Shown here in pieces: positions 1-8,735 of a stretch of DNA of 64,000 nucleotides. The stretch lies in IMG/VR virus record IMGVR_UViG_3300017728_002360; one strand, 5' to 3'. The notes under the pieces were generated by a model, which worked only from the letters and a program-made list of their open reading frames with translations, did no database searches and was not told where the DNA came from. Each line of letters starts with the position of its first letter. The stretch's first letter is position 1. Origin of the DNA: a virus. Both the position numbers and the translations under genes were made by a program.

Positions 1-589
1 TACTGTCTCCTTTGCCTCCTGGCTTTTGAACAGAGTGCGTAACATCATATACTATTGGTACATCAAAATTATCTAACATATATTGTAGTCCTGTAAAGTC
101 AGACACTAATGTATTATAACCAAAACTAGTTCCTCTTTCAGTTATCCATACTTCGTTTGCACCGTTTGTTTTACTTAATATGCCCTTGACATCCCATGGT
201 GCTAGGAATTGTCCTTTCTTGATGTTAACAATCTTTCCTGTTTTACAAGCCGCCTTGATTAAATCTGTTTGCCTACACAAGAAAGCAGGTATTTGTAAAA
301 CGTCTACAGCTTCGTTGTAGTATGCCGCAATTTTTAATACTTCGTTTTGGGTATGCACGTCAGTTAAAGTTTTTATACCAAGGTCATTTTTAAGAACTAT
401 AAAGTCTTCCATGGTAGTTGCAAGGCCAACACCCCTTGTACCATCAGCTGAAGTCCTATTTGCTTTGTCAAAACTTGCTTTGAAGTAATATTCTATCTCG
501 TGTTTATCACATACACGTTTACATTCTTTTGCAATCATCAAACTGTCAGTAAGTGTTTCATGTTGACAAGGACCTGCAATTATTCTCAT
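1..589 (-). CDS. kdsA: KDO8P synthase (3-deoxy-D-manno-octulosonate 8-phosphate synthase), 3' end runs off the window; not in the ORF track
   Basis: Manual translation from the ATG at 589 gives MRIIAGPCQHE...FKASFDKANRTS...LTDVH...LQIPAFLCRQTDL...VNIKKGQFLAPWD...ITERGTSFGYN.LV.D...YDVTHSVQKPGG, the KdsA signature motifs. The start overlaps the upstream stop (TAATG). Confidence 0.95.
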   Translation of the reverse strand, partial: MRIIAGPCQHETLTDSLMIAKECKRVCDKHEIEYYFKASFDKANRTSADGTRGVGLATTMEDFIVLKNDLGIKTLTDVHTQNEVLKIAAYYNEAVDVLQIPAFLCRQTDLIKAACKTGKIVNIKKGQFLAPWDVKGILSKTNGANEVWITERGTSFGYNTLVSDFTGLQYMLDNFDVPIVYDVTHSVQKPGGKGDS

Positions 590-1449
590 TACACTACTCC
601 TCTATCTATAATTCTGTTAAGGCTAAACTTGTTCATAACGTGAATGTTACTGCCTTTGATACGCAATGGTGTATATTCTCCTAGGTGATTCTCTTTTTCT
701 AGTAAGAATAAAAAATTATCCTGGTCAAGTTCCCACAAAATATCTCTATCTGCTGTGTAATACTTTGTACCTGGTAACTTATGTGCAAAGTCTCCTTCTT
801 GGTAACCATTCATTATGTGTATTGCTACACTAAACACATGGTCGTTACGGAAAAGACCTCTGTTTACTTGAAAGATGCTGTTATAGTGGTCCCAGTTTTC
901 TTGTATGTGCTTTGTTAGTTCAAAGAATACCTTGTTCTCTTCTGACTTTCTAAAGAATATAACAGTAGCCCAATAAAAGTCTATGCTACTATCACTAATC
1001 TTTTCAAACTCAGCAGTATCTCTCCAGGCTGTTAGGTCTTTTGCATTTTTAAATATTAGAAAATTGTGATCTTGTTCAAAGCAATTTTTAAATAAGCTAT
1101 TTGCTATAATATAATCACTGTCTAGTAGTATTGTTTCGTCATATGGTGTTAGTTCATATGACTGTGTGCGTAGGTCATTCTTAAATTGTAAGTGCTTTGC
1201 TACTCCCGACCCATCAAAATATCTTTTAGTAGTCGAATTGTTTGTGAAAGGCACTTCAATGACTTTATCAAAAACTTCTTCATAGTCCTTGTACGTTTCC
1301 TTTAGGTAATCTACACTATCCGTAACTATGCTAGTTGGTATATCTAAATATTTTCTTATTCTTTTAGCTGAATAGTGAGCTTGTTTTATGTAATCAATCT
1401 GTGCATTGTTACGTGCAAAGATTAATGCACCTTTAGTCTTCTTTGTCAT
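589..1449 (-). CDS. putative GT-A fold nucleotide-sugar glycosyltransferase
   Basis: Motifs YELTPYDETILLDSDY (DxD), WATVIFFRKS and FRNDHVFSVA; translationally coupled to kdsA. Confidence 0.6.
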   Translation of the reverse strand: MTKKTKGALIFARNNAQIDYIKQAHYSAKRIRKYLDIPTSIVTDSVDYLKETYKDYEEVFDKVIEVPFTNNSTTKRYFDGSGVAKHLQFKNDLRTQSYELTPYDETILLDSDYIIANSLFKNCFEQDHNFLIFKNAKDLTAWRDTAEFEKISDSSIDFYWATVIFFRKSEENKVFFELTKHIQENWDHYNSIFQVNRGLFRNDHVFSVAIHIMNGYQEGDFAHKLPGTKYYTADRDILWELDQDNFLFLLEKENHLGEYTPLRIKGSNIHVMNKFSLNRIIDRGVV

Positions 1450-1792
1450 AATCTACTAATCCCGAAACCTTGCGTTTAGCTCTTAGCTTTTGGTATTCTG
1501 TTTCGTATTCGTTAGTAGATGTAAAATAAACGTCACTAATATTATCGTAGAATTCATGAAGCTGTTCTATTCTTATTGGAGTGTCATTATCGTCTACAAT
1601 AACAACGTTTGAGTCATCGTTATCACACAGAATTTTTACAAAAGTCAATAGTTCTTGTGTAACAGAAAATTGTCCACCATTAAAATAGTAAATTCTGCTT
1701 TCAAGAAACTTCTCTTTTAACACTCTTTTTTGGTTATTAAGAGTCACCATATAATTAGAAAAGTCTAAGGCTTTTTTTAATCTTTCATCCAT
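1433..1792 (-). CDS. hypothetical phage protein
   Basis: 119-aa ORF overlapping the next gene; late-promoter motif CTAAATA just upstream (1817-1823, minus strand). Confidence 0.7.
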   Translation of the reverse strand: MDERLKKALDFSNYMVTLNNQKRVLKEKFLESRIYYFNGGQFSVTQELLTFVKILCDNDDSNVVIVDDNDTPIRIEQLHEFYDNISDVYFTSTNEYETEYQKLRAKRKVSGLVDYDKED

Positions 1793-1839
1793 AATAGTAA
1801 TCCGTAGTTGTACTACTATTTAGATAAATTTTTAGTGGA

Positions 1840-2730
1840 CTATGTTAAGTTTGAACCAGCGTCTGTGCTGTGTGTTGGTGTAGGAAGCTCAACGTATGTC
1901 CCTGTAGGACGTAATTGAGTAATTGTGCTGTTTAAAGTACCTAGTACATCTTCATCGTAGTTTGGATTACCAGTGTTTGCGTCATTCCATTCTGCTTGGA
2001 ATTGGACTTGAGTAGTACCAACCAATTTAGCTTTTAATGTATAGTTGTTGGCCGCATATAAACCAGTACCTGATTTAGTAAACAATGTCTGGAAAGCTGT
2101 TGTAAGATCATGAAATCCTACTGTTGAACCTGATCCTGATCCTGTTGAGCTAGTTGATGTGTACCCCATCTTAATAGTTCCCATGTTAACAAGCATACCC
2201 ATCCAGTCAATAGTTTTTGCACTAGAGCCTAAGTATGTAATGTTACTTGCAAAACGGATTTCTCCACCTGCATTAAAAAACTGTCTTCTATGATCAGATG
2301 TGCTAAACGTTACGTTTAGTAAATGTATTAATGTACCATTCCAGTTTGATGTATAAGTTGCGGAAGTTGTTGCTTCTGCTGTTGCCTGAGAGGCGTGTAT
2401 TTGAAACTTTTCGTTCTCTAAGGTAGTTGTTAAATTTTCAAACTGTGCAACACCCTTCTTATTAATAGTGTCGCTGTCTAAAATAGTATCTGTTGAACTG
2501 ATAACTGCTATTTGACTTGGTGCTGTACCTGTTTGGTGTACTCTACCATTAGCAATATCTGTGTAAAGTGTTGACATATGAGTTGCATTGATTACATCTG
2601 ATGCACCTACTTGGCTTGAATTCAGCGACTGTCCGTATCCGTCATCGCCGGAACCTGTTCCCATAATAGTTGCTACTCTTGATTGCAAGTTGTTATACCT
2701 TGCCGCTGTAATAATATCGCCGATTGCCAT
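1840..2730 (-). CDS. putative virion structural protein (tail/fibre associated)
   Basis: Thr/Ser/Gly-rich 296-aa ORF at the end of the fibre cluster. Confidence 0.6.
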   Translation of the reverse strand: MAIGDIITAARYNNLQSRVATIMGTGSGDDGYGQSLNSSQVGASDVINATHMSTLYTDIANGRVHQTGTAPSQIAVISSTDTILDSDTINKKGVAQFENLTTTLENEKFQIHASQATAEATTSATYTSNWNGTLIHLLNVTFSTSDHRRQFFNAGGEIRFASNITYLGSSAKTIDWMGMLVNMGTIKMGYTSTSSTGSGSGSTVGFHDLTTAFQTLFTKSGTGLYAANNYTLKAKLVGTTQVQFQAEWNDANTGNPNYDEDVLGTLNSTITQLRPTGTYVELPTPTHSTDAGSNLT

Positions 2731-2735
2731 TTAAT

Positions 2736-4223
2736 TTATACCTTTAAAAATACTTCTACTAGTTTTTCGCCGTCTTTGTCATCATTTTCTAGTGCAATAC
2801 CAATCATTGTACCGTGTCTATTATCTTGATTACCTATTCCGTCCATTGCTGTGTAAATAGGCTCACCTTTAACAATAAGTCCTTCAACTCTAACTGGCAC
2901 TCTACCTTTAAGTGCAACTGCTTGACCGTCTGCTTCTGCATTCATCAAGTAAGCTGGTTTCTCAGATATAACTCCGCATGGTATTTCACCTTCACCGCAA
3001 GCCTCCATCTCAGCATCAATGCTTTCTTCTTGATCAGCTTTGACTACTGTCATAATAGTACCTACTGGATACTCTTCTTTAGTTGTGTATTTCTCTGCCA
3101 AGTCAGCGTATTGTGCCTGTGTAGCTGTACCTGTAAATAAGTTTGCTACCAAGTTACCTGAACCATCTCTAACTGCTACTGTATCATTAGTTGCCGCTGT
3201 TGATCCTGAACGGTAATTTGATCCAACTGCTAATGTTGAAGCCTGTGTTGCCAGTCCTGCAAATGAAGTTGCGTAAACTGTTGCAAATTTATTACCAGAC
3301 TTACCTATGTTATAGGTATTATCTGCACCTGGGTGCATACCAGTTGATTCAATCGCTAACGGTTGTGCAACTGTTCCTACTGAATCATCAACTTTAATTT
3401 TAATTACTGTACCTACGTCGTTTTGTATAACACCTTCGTTATCATTTTCAACGTAAATTTTAAGATCGTTGGAATCACCAATTGAAATACCAGCATCTGC
3501 AAAGTTAACAAGTGAAGTAAATGATCCTGATCCTGCTAATGCAAAATCTGAAGCAGTATATCCACCAAGTTTTAATGAGTTACTTGCTGTACCCCAGTAG
3601 TAATCTGTAGTACTTGTAACACCGCCTGTTGCGTTTTGTGTATTTCTTAGGGTTATTCCTTTTTTAACAACGTCAAATCCTGTAACTGCGTTAGTTGGAT
3701 CTGTACTATCAATAGTAAATGAAACTGCACTAATCATATAAATGACTTCGTCGTTAACAATGGCTTGAATGACTAGTCTATTTGTGCTTGTTGTATCTCT
3801 TATAGTTACAGTTTTCATCTGTGTTACACTAGTACCTGAACCTTGTGGTCCAACTAATACGTAACCAGTTCCGTTGTATGCGTATAATTGTTCGTTTGTG
3901 CTATCCCACCATAAATCACCAGTAGCTAAACCAGCCGGTTGTGTTGCACTTACTTCTGCTCCACCTGTTGTTCTAAACTTAGAACCATCATAAAATTTAA
4001 GTTTAGATGCTGTAGCATCAAACCAAACTTGTCCTGAAATCGCTTTAGGTGGTTGTGAAGTTCCGCTAAAGTTTTCTAGCAGATGTAAAAAATTCTCGTT
4101 TTGTATTTCACCGTATCCAGCGTAGTTTTTACCTACTAACTTAATATCGGTAGTTTGGTCAACAGTTCCGTCTTCGACTGTTGTCAAAGTAACGCCACTG
4201 TATCTATCTATAGTATATGCCAT
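2736..4223 (-). CDS. tail fibre protein with a C-terminal intramolecular-chaperone/autocleavage-like domain
   Basis: N-terminus LVGKNYAGYGEIQNENFLHLLENF...GQVWFD is shared with the two upstream paralogs. The C-terminal YADLAEKY...GVISEKPAYLMN...VALKGRVPVRV.G...KGE resembles Peptidase_G2-type chaperone domains. Confidence 0.7.
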   Translation of the reverse strand: MAYTIDRYSGVTLTTVEDGTVDQTTDIKLVGKNYAGYGEIQNENFLHLLENFSGTSQPPKAISGQVWFDATASKLKFYDGSKFRTTGGAEVSATQPAGLATGDLWWDSTNEQLYAYNGTGYVLVGPQGSGTSVTQMKTVTIRDTTSTNRLVIQAIVNDEVIYMISAVSFTIDSTDPTNAVTGFDVVKKGITLRNTQNATGGVTSTTDYYWGTASNSLKLGGYTASDFALAGSGSFTSLVNFADAGISIGDSNDLKIYVENDNEGVIQNDVGTVIKIKVDDSVGTVAQPLAIESTGMHPGADNTYNIGKSGNKFATVYATSFAGLATQASTLAVGSNYRSGSTAATNDTVAVRDGSGNLVANLFTGTATQAQYADLAEKYTTKEEYPVGTIMTVVKADQEESIDAEMEACGEGEIPCGVISEKPAYLMNAEADGQAVALKGRVPVRVEGLIVKGEPIYTAMDGIGNQDNRHGTMIGIALENDDKDGEKLVEVFLKV

Positions 4224-4254
4224 TGTTATAAACCCCTATAATGTTATTTATCTT

Positions 4255-6072
4255 TTACCATAGTCCGCCACTGCTACCTAGATCAGTGTCAAACACCCAA
4301 GATCCAGCTTGAACCTTGAATCTTTTTAAACCTCTAGCCACTGAAGCATTAACAGTACCTGAAGCATTACTAAACGCAATATCCTGTAAAACACTTTCAT
4401 TCTGTACACCATTTGAGTCTACAGCAATGAATGATTTACTTGCAACCGTGTTTACATCAATTCCACTAACTGTTGCTCCAGTTAATGTGCTTGTTGGAAC
4501 ATACGCATATGATCCTGTCTTTTTAGTTGCCGCCGGATAAATGTCCTCAATAATTGTAGCAATATTGGCATTACTTAACCCTGTAATATCCAATGGTACA
4601 ATAACTGGCTCATTATCTAGTGAATCATCTACATAAAATTTAGTTGCGGCATCAGTATTAGTTGTAGGTTCAGCTAATCCTGTAATTTTTTGGTTATTAG
4701 TAATAGTAATTGAACCATCACTTGTTATTTGCAAACCGCTACCTGATGTAGATATTGCATAGTTATTAATTGTTACGTTGTCAACTGATAGTGTAGATAA
4801 TGTACCTACCTGTGTCAAGCCTAATGCTGATGTTACAGTTGATCCTAATGCTGTTTCGTTTAATACTTCGTTTCCATTAACCTTGTAACCTTTAGTTACT
4901 GCCAAGTCAATGTTTTCACTTGATGTCCAAGCCTGTTCAGTATTACGCCATAAAAATTCTTTATCTAAGTCTGAAGATTTAAGAATAATACCACCACCGT
5001 CTACCGCGGCATTGTTACCTGTTGAACTATCTGATTGTATAGCAAGTTCAATGTTCTTGTCTTCAACTCTTAAAACTGTTGTTTCTACTGCTAAACTTGT
5101 ACCACCAATAATTAAGTCGCCATCAATTTTAGCATCTCCGCCCACGTGTAAAGTGTACTGTGGAGAAGTTTTAAACAATCCTACGTGTGATTCTGATGTA
5201 TCAACTACGATAGCATCAAGGTATCCAGTTGGTTGTCTAACTCTAACTTTCCAGTCATGATTGGATAATTGGTTTTCAGTTACAAATGAAGTACCAATAA
5301 TTTTCATAATATTGTTTTGTGCAGGTCCTATTGTAACCCCGCCACTGTTACTAACTGTTAATGCACCTGTTGTGGTACCGTTTGAGTCAGCTGGTAAAAA
5401 CTGTGATGCACTCTTTTCAACACCTGCGGCGTTAATTAAGTTTAGTGCGGCATTTGATACGCCTCTGAAAACAGTTCCCGTTGATGATGCATCAATTGGA
5501 GTAAATCCTTTTTTGATTGTTCCAGTCAATCCTGCAATAGTATAACCTACTGCTGGAGTAAATTCTTCATTTGACCATACACCGTTAAGTGCTCCGCCTA
5601 TGAATAATTTTGCAACCACCTTGCTGTTGTTTTGTGTATCTAATGCTGTAAATGTTTCAAACCCTGTCTTGCCTTGTTGTGCAGAGTATATAGGTCCAGC
5701 TAATTCTAAGTCTGTACCATCATAAAAATATAATTGATTCTTTAAACTGTCTAACCAAAGGTCACCACTTACAAGTGTTGCCGGTTGTGCCGTAGCAACA
5801 ATAGGTCCGCCACTTTCTCTAAATGATGTTCCGTCATAAACTTTTATTCTACCTTGTGTTTTATCATACCATAACTGTCCAATTAACGGAACTGTTGGTG
5901 CTGATGTAGAAGCAAAGTTTTCTAACATCTTGATTTGATTTTCGTTTAGTGTTTCACCAAATCCTGAATAGTTTTTTCCAATAAGACCAATGCTTGACGT
6001 TGTAGTATCTAATTGTCCATCAACTAGATCTACGAGTAACGTGCCGTCAGTTTTGTTTAGTTTATAACTCAT
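4255..6072 (-). CDS. tail fibre/baseplate-attached fibre protein (paralog)
   Basis: Same N-terminal module (LIGKNYSGFGETLNENQIKMLENF...GQLWYD) plus the fibre motif ITGLAEPTTNTDAATKFYVD. Confidence 0.7.
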   Translation of the reverse strand: MSYKLNKTDGTLLVDLVDGQLDTTTSSIGLIGKNYSGFGETLNENQIKMLENFASTSAPTVPLIGQLWYDKTQGRIKVYDGTSFRESGGPIVATAQPATLVSGDLWLDSLKNQLYFYDGTDLELAGPIYSAQQGKTGFETFTALDTQNNSKVVAKLFIGGALNGVWSNEEFTPAVGYTIAGLTGTIKKGFTPIDASSTGTVFRGVSNAALNLINAAGVEKSASQFLPADSNGTTTGALTVSNSGGVTIGPAQNNIMKIIGTSFVTENQLSNHDWKVRVRQPTGYLDAIVVDTSESHVGLFKTSPQYTLHVGGDAKIDGDLIIGGTSLAVETTVLRVEDKNIELAIQSDSSTGNNAAVDGGGIILKSSDLDKEFLWRNTEQAWTSSENIDLAVTKGYKVNGNEVLNETALGSTVTSALGLTQVGTLSTLSVDNVTINNYAISTSGSGLQITSDGSITITNNQKITGLAEPTTNTDAATKFYVDDSLDNEPVIVPLDITGLSNANIATIIEDIYPAATKKTGSYAYVPTSTLTGATVSGIDVNTVASKSFIAVDSNGVQNESVLQDIAFSNASGTVNASVARGLKRFKVQAGSWVFDTDLGSSGGLW

Positions 6073-8096
6073 ATCGCTGTATTCTCCCCGGCATAGATAA
6101 TATAGTTAACAGTCATGTATGGGTTCATAACATCTATAGCTGTTCCCAATGCGTTGTTTGTTAACACACCACCTGAAGTAGGATATGCCTGACCTGCACC
6201 TGTGCCTGTCGGAGCATCGTATTGAATACCCTGTGCATCGTTTGGAGTACCTGTTACATCTCTTAAAGTATAGTACTGATCTCCACTTGGTCCTCTTAAA
6301 TCGTGTTCGTGTTCTGGTAAATTATTAATTGCAATAGTTTGGTTCTGTTGTCCTTCAACACTTCCCATTGTGTCGGCCGCCGCTGATGTTACAACGTTTG
6401 CTGATCCGCCACCCATGTTATCTTTACCTAGTGGGAATCTACCTCTTAAATCAGGTAATGCAAATTTACCTGCCGCTACCAATGATTGATCTTTAAAGTT
6501 GTAGCCAATCACGTTAAACAAGTTTTGATATGTTGCAATAGTTACTTCTTGTCCGTAACATAATACCCAATCAACTGGAGCAGTATCGCCACCAAATGGT
6601 GATATCATTCCAATCGGTAATGTAGGAATTGCTTTAAACAAATTAGTTCTTGAAACTTTATAAACACCAGTATCGCCTGTTACTCTGTTTAATAATATTT
6701 CGTCTGTTGATAATGAACTAGAAACTTCTGTTTTATTAGCAACAAATGTATTTGAAATCGTTGTTGTAAATGTTTTGCTACTTGCATCTTGTCCGTCAAA
6801 TGTAAATGACGGTGCAGTTACATCACCATTCATTTGGAATGTTGTTGAACTTGCAAGTTTGTCTGTTGATCCAGAACGTCCTGAAACTGTTCCTGTAACG
6901 TTACCTGTTAAGTTACCTATAAGGTTCTGTGCATAAACGTTTAACCATTGTTCGTTAGCTGTACCTAAGTTACGTGATGTATTTGCGTTTGGTACAATGT
7001 TTGCTGTAGTTGTAAGTCCTGAAAGGTTTGTATCACTGCCAACAAATAGTTTCTTAGCAATACCAACACCACCTTTAGTAATAATACTTCCTGTTGATAT
7101 AGTAGAAGCATCTGTAGTACCGTCAACCAATAATGAGTTTGAAAGTTGTATGTTTCCTGTAACGTCTAATGCTTGATCCGGACTTAAATTATTAATACCA
7201 ACTTTAGCAGTTGAGTCAATTCTCATTACAGTCGTTGCTGAACCGTTGTTGTTTACTCTTACGTCAATGTTTGATCCTGAAGTTTGGTGACTAATAATAC
7301 CCGCTTGTCCTTCAACTCCCATTGTAAAGAAACTTGAAGCACCAACTGTAATACCACCATTGTTTTTAACTGTTATCGGATATAAACTTTGTGAAGTACT
7401 GTCGTTACGCATAAAGTTTGTTGCAGGTATGCTTTCGTTATTAATAACTAATGCTTCTGCCTTTTCCGCAGTTCCGTAATATTTTCCTGCACCTGCACCT
7501 GTAATATCTGCTGAACTTAAATTAAAGCCAGGATTGATTGTTGTAAATCCTGCAATGGTTGTCTTAGGTGTAAATGCCGCTGTTGAATAAATTGCTAATG
7601 TCTTGGCACTAATTTCTATAACCAAACAAGTATAACTTACATTGTTTGTTCCAACTATTGATTCAGGCTTAACACCTGTTGACAGTCCATCACTAAATGT
7701 TGGACCTACTAATACCCAACCTGAACCTGTGTACAAGTATAGTTGTTGGTTATCAGTATCAACCCAAAGGTCGCCTGTAACTGATTGTGCCGCACCTGGT
7801 GCCGTTGTAGCTTTCTTTAATCCTGATGCACTAATCCAAGTAGTACCATCATATAATTTTAATTGATCAACACCTGCTGTATTATCATACCATAACTGTC
7901 CTTCTGTAGGATTGTTTGGTGCAGTTGTGTTTGCAAAATTTTCTAATAGGTGTAAAAAGTTTTCAGCAATAGCAGTACCATAAGCAGTTGTATTTCTGCC
8001 TGGCAGTGACAACGACGTCTGTTGGTTGATTGTATTATCTTCAACCGTTATGCTACCCTTGTTAGCAACGTCTGTATGGTTAACTGTATATGCCAT
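6069..8096 (-). CDS. short tail fibre with phage tail collar domain
   Basis: Same N-terminal module. C-terminal PIGMISPFGG...WVLCYGQ...LFNVIG...FALPDLRGRFPLG (collar) and LPEHEH...MNPYMTVNYIIY (gp12-like tip). Confidence 0.85.
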   Translation of the reverse strand: MAYTVNHTDVANKGSITVEDNTINQQTSLSLPGRNTTAYGTAIAENFLHLLENFANTTAPNNPTEGQLWYDNTAGVDQLKLYDGTTWISASGLKKATTAPGAAQSVTGDLWVDTDNQQLYLYTGSGWVLVGPTFSDGLSTGVKPESIVGTNNVSYTCLVIEISAKTLAIYSTAAFTPKTTIAGFTTINPGFNLSSADITGAGAGKYYGTAEKAEALVINNESIPATNFMRNDSTSQSLYPITVKNNGGITVGASSFFTMGVEGQAGIISHQTSGSNIDVRVNNNGSATTVMRIDSTAKVGINNLSPDQALDVTGNIQLSNSLLVDGTTDASTISTGSIITKGGVGIAKKLFVGSDTNLSGLTTTANIVPNANTSRNLGTANEQWLNVYAQNLIGNLTGNVTGTVSGRSGSTDKLASSTTFQMNGDVTAPSFTFDGQDASSKTFTTTISNTFVANKTEVSSSLSTDEILLNRVTGDTGVYKVSRTNLFKAIPTLPIGMISPFGGDTAPVDWVLCYGQEVTIATYQNLFNVIGYNFKDQSLVAAGKFALPDLRGRFPLGKDNMGGGSANVVTSAAADTMGSVEGQQNQTIAINNLPEHEHDLRGPSGDQYYTLRDVTGTPNDAQGIQYDAPTGTGAGQAYPTSGGVLTNNALGTAIDVMNPYMTVNYIIYAGENTAI

Positions 8097-8099
8097 CTA

Positions 8100-8714
8100 T
8101 TACGCCTCGTTAAAACCAGTTAATGATTGTACTCTAACTGTATAATCAATCTGGATTAGTCTGTTTAAACTTTTTTGTACTGGGTGGAATATTACGTGTG
8201 TTAATAATCTACCTGTACCACTTGTTGCATAACTTACTAGTCCTAGCTCATCAAATACATATAAGCTGTCTGAACTTGTTGCGTTATCCAATGCATCTTG
8301 TCCTGAAGGTTCACCGTAGTCTAGTAAACAAGTTGCAATAATATCTGTGTAATTTGTACCACTAACATGACGAGTTTCAATCTTATTTCTTGTAGGATCT
8401 GTGTTGTTGATTGAATTGTCATCAATTACTTTAGTGTATGTTTGGTTGTACAAACTAGCATTTGTTCCTGTGCTATTTGGTGAAAGGTATGTAATAATAC
8501 CAGTTGGATCAACTGATGTTCCACCATTACCAAAGTTCATGGAATATATCATTCCTTGCCCTTGGTTAGCTAAACTTTCTGCTAGTGAAATACTCATATT
8601 CTCATAGTGGATAGCATTTCGCTTATCCACAAAGATTTCACCGCTTTCTGGGTTATGTATCTTTATGTGTCCTTGCAAAAGAACTCCTGAATTGTCTTTA
8701 AAATTGTCTGTCAT
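8100..8714 (-). CDS. baseplate/virion structural protein
   Basis: 204 aa with FDELGL...LLTHVIFHPVQKSLNR; late promoter AATAAATA at 8733-8740 (minus strand). Confidence 0.65.
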   Translation of the reverse strand: MTDNFKDNSGVLLQGHIKIHNPESGEIFVDKRNAIHYENMSISLAESLANQGQGMIYSMNFGNGGTSVDPTGIITYLSPNSTGTNASLYNQTYTKVIDDNSINNTDPTRNKIETRHVSGTNYTDIIATCLLDYGEPSGQDALDNATSSDSLYVFDELGLVSYATSGTGRLLTHVIFHPVQKSLNRLIQIDYTVRVQSLTGFNEA

Positions 8715-8735
8715 GTTTATATCCTACAAGTGTAT

